Assembly: GCF_963921235.1 (NCBI RefSeq)
Contig: NC_086097.1
Span: forward strand, 219,978,001-220,042,000
Length of the DNA stretch: 64,000 nt
Direction of reading: 5' to 3'
Source of the DNA: Mobula hypostoma
Lineage: Eukaryota
In this document: positions 60,601-64,000 of the stretch, piece after piece
Layout: every line of letters starts with the position of its first letter
Numbering within the stretch: position 1 is the first letter of the stretch
The notes under the pieces: generated by a model
The model's input: the letters and a program-made list of their open reading frames with translations, nothing else
What the model was told of the DNA's origin: nothing
Database searches by the model: none
Translations under genes and position numbers: made by a program

Positions 60601-63600
60601 TACTCGCTTCTATAGGCTCTGTGTCTGTTTCCCCAGTACATACAGATGCAAAAAATTCTTTTAAGATCTCTGCATCTCTTTCAGCTCCATGCACAGATCT
60701 TTCAGAGGACCAATTTTTTCTGTTGCAATCTTTTGCTCTTAGTATCTTAGTATCTGTAGAGGCTATTGGGATCCTCCTTCACTTTGTCTGCTGGAGCAAC
60801 CTCATGCCTTCTTTTAGTCTTTTAGCCCTCCTGATTTCCTTCTCAAGTGTTCTCTTACATATTCTATACTCCTTATTTGCTCCTACTGCCTGTACCAGCA
60901 AAGCATCTCCTTCTTTTTCTTAACCAAGGCCTCAATATCTCTCAAAACCTAAGGTTCTCTAAACCTGTTATCCTTGCCTTTTATTTTGACAAAAACATAC
61001 AAACTCTGTACTCTCAAAATTTCACTTTTGGCCTCCTACTTACCAAGTACATCCTTGCCAGAACACAACCTGTATTGATCCACGTATTTCAGATCCTTTC
61101 TGACACCATCAAAGTAGGCCTTTCTCCAATTGAGAATCTCAACCCAAGGACCAGACCTATCTTTTTCTATAATCACCTCAAAACTAATGGCATTGTGATC
61201 ACTAGATGCAAAGTGTTCCCCTACACAAACTTCTGTCACCTGCCCTGTCTCATTCCCTGCTAAGAGATCAGATATCATGGTCTCTCCAGGTGGATCCTCC
61301 GTGTATTGATCAAGGAATTGTTCCTGCACACGTTTGACGATCTCTTTCCCATCCAGCCCTTTTACAGTAGGCAAATCCCAGTCAACATGTGGAAAGTTAA
61401 AATCACCTATTATCACAACCTTATTTCTTGCAACATTCTGTGATCTCTCCACAAATTTGTTCCTCTTAAATCACGCAGACTGTTGGGTGGTCTATAATAT
61501 AATCTCATTAATGTGGTTATCCCTTTCTTATTTGTCAGTTCCATCTGTATAGCATCAAGTAGATGAATTCTCCAGTTACCCAGTCTGAGTACTGCTATGA
61601 CATTTTCCCTGACCAGTAATGCCACCTCTCCTCCTTTAAACCCTCCTGCTCTATCACATCTGAAACAATGGAACTCCAGACACTGAGTTGCCAATCCTGC
61701 CACTCCTGCAACCAAGTCTTACTAATCGCGACAATGTCATAATTCCATGTGTTGATCCATGCTCTAAACTCATCCGCCTTTCCTATAATACTCCTTGCAC
61801 TGAGAAACATGCAGCTCAAAACATTAGTCCCACCATGCTCAACCATTTGATTCCGACTCTTTCCCCACAACTACTCAACTATCTGCTCTAGCGTTCTGGT
61901 TTTCATCTTCCTGCAACTCCAAATTAAACCCGTCCCCAACCCCAGCATGCAGCACTAACGAACCTTCCAGCAAGGATATTAGTGCCCCTCGAGTTCAGTT
62001 GCAAGCCAGCCCTTCTGTACAGGTCCTACCTTCCCTGGAAGAGAGCCCAATAATCCAAAAATCTGAAGCCTTACTCCTGCACCATCTCCTCAGCCATGTG
62101 TTAAACTATGTTATCTTCCTATTTCTGGCCTCACTAGCACATAGTATGGGGAGCAATCCTGAGATCACAAACCTGGAGGTCCTCCCCTTTAACTTAGCAC
62201 CTAGCTCCATGAACCCAGTTTGAAGGACATTGTTACCCTTCCAACCAACTACATTGGTACTGACATAGACTACGACTGGCTGCTCACCCCGCTACTTAAA
62301 GAATGCTGTGGACTCAGTCTGAGATGTCCCTGACCTTGGCACCAGGGAGGCAACATATCATCCACAGAATCGCCTGCTTGTTCCTCAAACCAATAAACCC
62401 CTTATCACTACGGCTTGTCTCTTCAAGCATTGGAGAGCCAGTAGAGTACAGAAGGCAGGTTTTTTGTTTATCAAAAACACCATATAAAACATGCCTTAAA
62501 GTTTTCTGTCTTGTGCCCTTGAGCCTAGCAATCCAGATTATTTTTTCTAAACTTCCTGAAAGGACTATAACCAAGTATAATGGAGATTGGGACAGTTATT
62601 GTTCTTAGAAAATCTATTCTACATTACAAATGTGCAAAAAAGAATCTGGACTACAGATTATATTTAATAGAATCTGTGCAAAAATTTCCCTAAACATTGC
62701 TTAATTCCCTAAATTAAGCTAAATTGGAAAGAATTACTCTGCGATTAAGGTCAAATGATCAGAGACAAAAGCTGCAATTTCTAACACAAAATATGGATGT
62801 TTTGATGAACAACACATTTTCTTATTAAAATCATAGCATTGACGATAATAATGGTGCACAGAAAAGCCTCTGTTCAAAATCTGCACATTGTGATCATGAC
62901 TTGTGTGCCCTTATTTGAGTGCTAAGTGGCTGCCCACTTTTTTCAAAGCAGATATTCTTGTAATTACTTGTTTCACACCATCATCTTCTTTGTCTTTGTG
63001 GAATATGGAGTATGGGAGTGGAGTATCTGACGGAACCTCAAAGTTGTTGTTGCACTTCAACACTCATCTACCCCAGTCATCAAAGTGGAGATTATGTGCC
63101 CAGCTGAGCTGAGCCTGGAGAGGATTGTGCCCCTGACACAGACTTTCCACAAGGGTTCCTGTCTCTGTCATTTGCTAGTGCACCTCCAGGTGAAATCCTA
63201 GTCAGCTCTCTAACTGCACCCACTGAAATGTGAGTACCTGTACTGGGGCACAGCTGTGTGCTGCTACACTGAATCTTCTGAAGGAATTTAATCCTCCGAG
63301 GAAGTGTCCTTGTGCATGTCCAGCAAAGCTTGCCATATGCATGAAGGTCCTAGAAGACAAAAGGGATATGATTCAGTTGTGGCAAAGTCACAATCTGACA
63401 CTCACTATTCTTGGCATTCTCACAGTTCAGTCACTGATGAAATAAAGTCAGCAAAGATGTGTCAGATTTACTTGTAATACAGTCACCATCTACCTGAAAG
63501 TTCCCAGCTTCTGTATCACTGACCAAGAAGGTCTGATTTCCCGTGCTGACACCTCTGTACTGTGATTCCCACATCTTGTTGAGGCACGCCCCTCACCACT

Positions 63601-64000
63601 CTTTGCCTGCTGGTGGCAAAAAGAACCAATAACTGAAGTTCAGATCTCCGCATGTATTTGGTGAGAGTGATAATGAGACAAACACATCAGCTCACATGGG
63701 AATGGAGTAGGAGACAGCATTAAATGAATGAATGGATAGACGTTGTTGCGTTGATAGCAAAGACTGGGGCAGATAAAAATTGATTGGCTATGAGAAGAGG
63801 TGCCAAGCGGATGTTCAGCAAGACAAGAGTGGGAGGTTATAAAGCTTAAAACAAAGGATGCAGGTCCATCAAAAAATATACTTACTTTTCCTGACTTGGC
63901 TTAGGTCATTATATAAATTGCAGTTCTCCGTTCCAAGGCCTGGTCAGCGCTCTCTTGATGTTCACTCCTCAGCTATCTCACCTGGTGAAGGGCACTGAAT

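Larger units (their letters stand above)
56420..62420 (-). mobile_element. Near full-length degenerate CR1 LINE hosting three nested insertions
   Basis: APE motifs FLSARSI (61595-61870) and GDFNFPHVDW (61036-61452). RT pieces at 59071-59364 and 57185-57589. ORF1 esterase-like CCLPGAKVRDISD (62314-62574). Tail at about 56425. Confidence 0.9.

Noticed and set aside
1..64000. Prokaryotic-style operons, CRISPR arrays, defence systems, rRNA or tRNA genes
   Set aside because: The window is a spliced vertebrate gene with TE-rich introns. No repeat-spacer array or RNA gene was seen, and tRNA-like pieces are decayed SINE heads.
63881..64000. GTAAG donor-like site on the minus strand at the window edge
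   Set aside because: All three minus frames contain stops within the last 120 bp and no OATP-like peptide is evident.

Overview
This is eukaryotic, vertebrate genomic DNA, not a prokaryotic locus. The repeat families suggest a cartilaginous fish, probably a ray (inference). The minus strand carries the 3' part of the organic anion transporter gene SLCO5A1 (OATP5A1) as six coding exons: 49154-48990, 33371-33173, 29270-29111, 21612-21371, 15731-15667 and 7373-6994. All have GT-AG boundaries and consistent phases, and together they encode about 403 aa ending at TAG. The upstream exons were not found and probably lie beyond position 64000. Introns and flanks are dense with transposable elements: many CR1 LINEs, two Penelope-like (PLE) families, RTE, Rex1/Babar, tRNA-derived SINEs, a Tigger/pogo element, hAT elements and a Tc1 MITE, several with clear TSDs or TIRs. 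Most ORF-track entries are TE fragments or spurious. No novel protein-coding system is evident. The most interesting signals are RNA-structural. (1) Very short, TSD-flanked PLE-derived insertions consist essentially of a minimal hammerhead ribozyme motif (CUGANGA...GAAACGUC) and are often folded back into palindromes at the ribozyme core. (2) A second PLE family carries the same core in a different sequence context. (3) A candidate HDV-like nested double pseudoknot sits at the 5' end of a non-autonomous RTE-type element whose body is shared with a chimeric SINE. TE boundaries without TSDs are approximate and family names are from visual recognition only.
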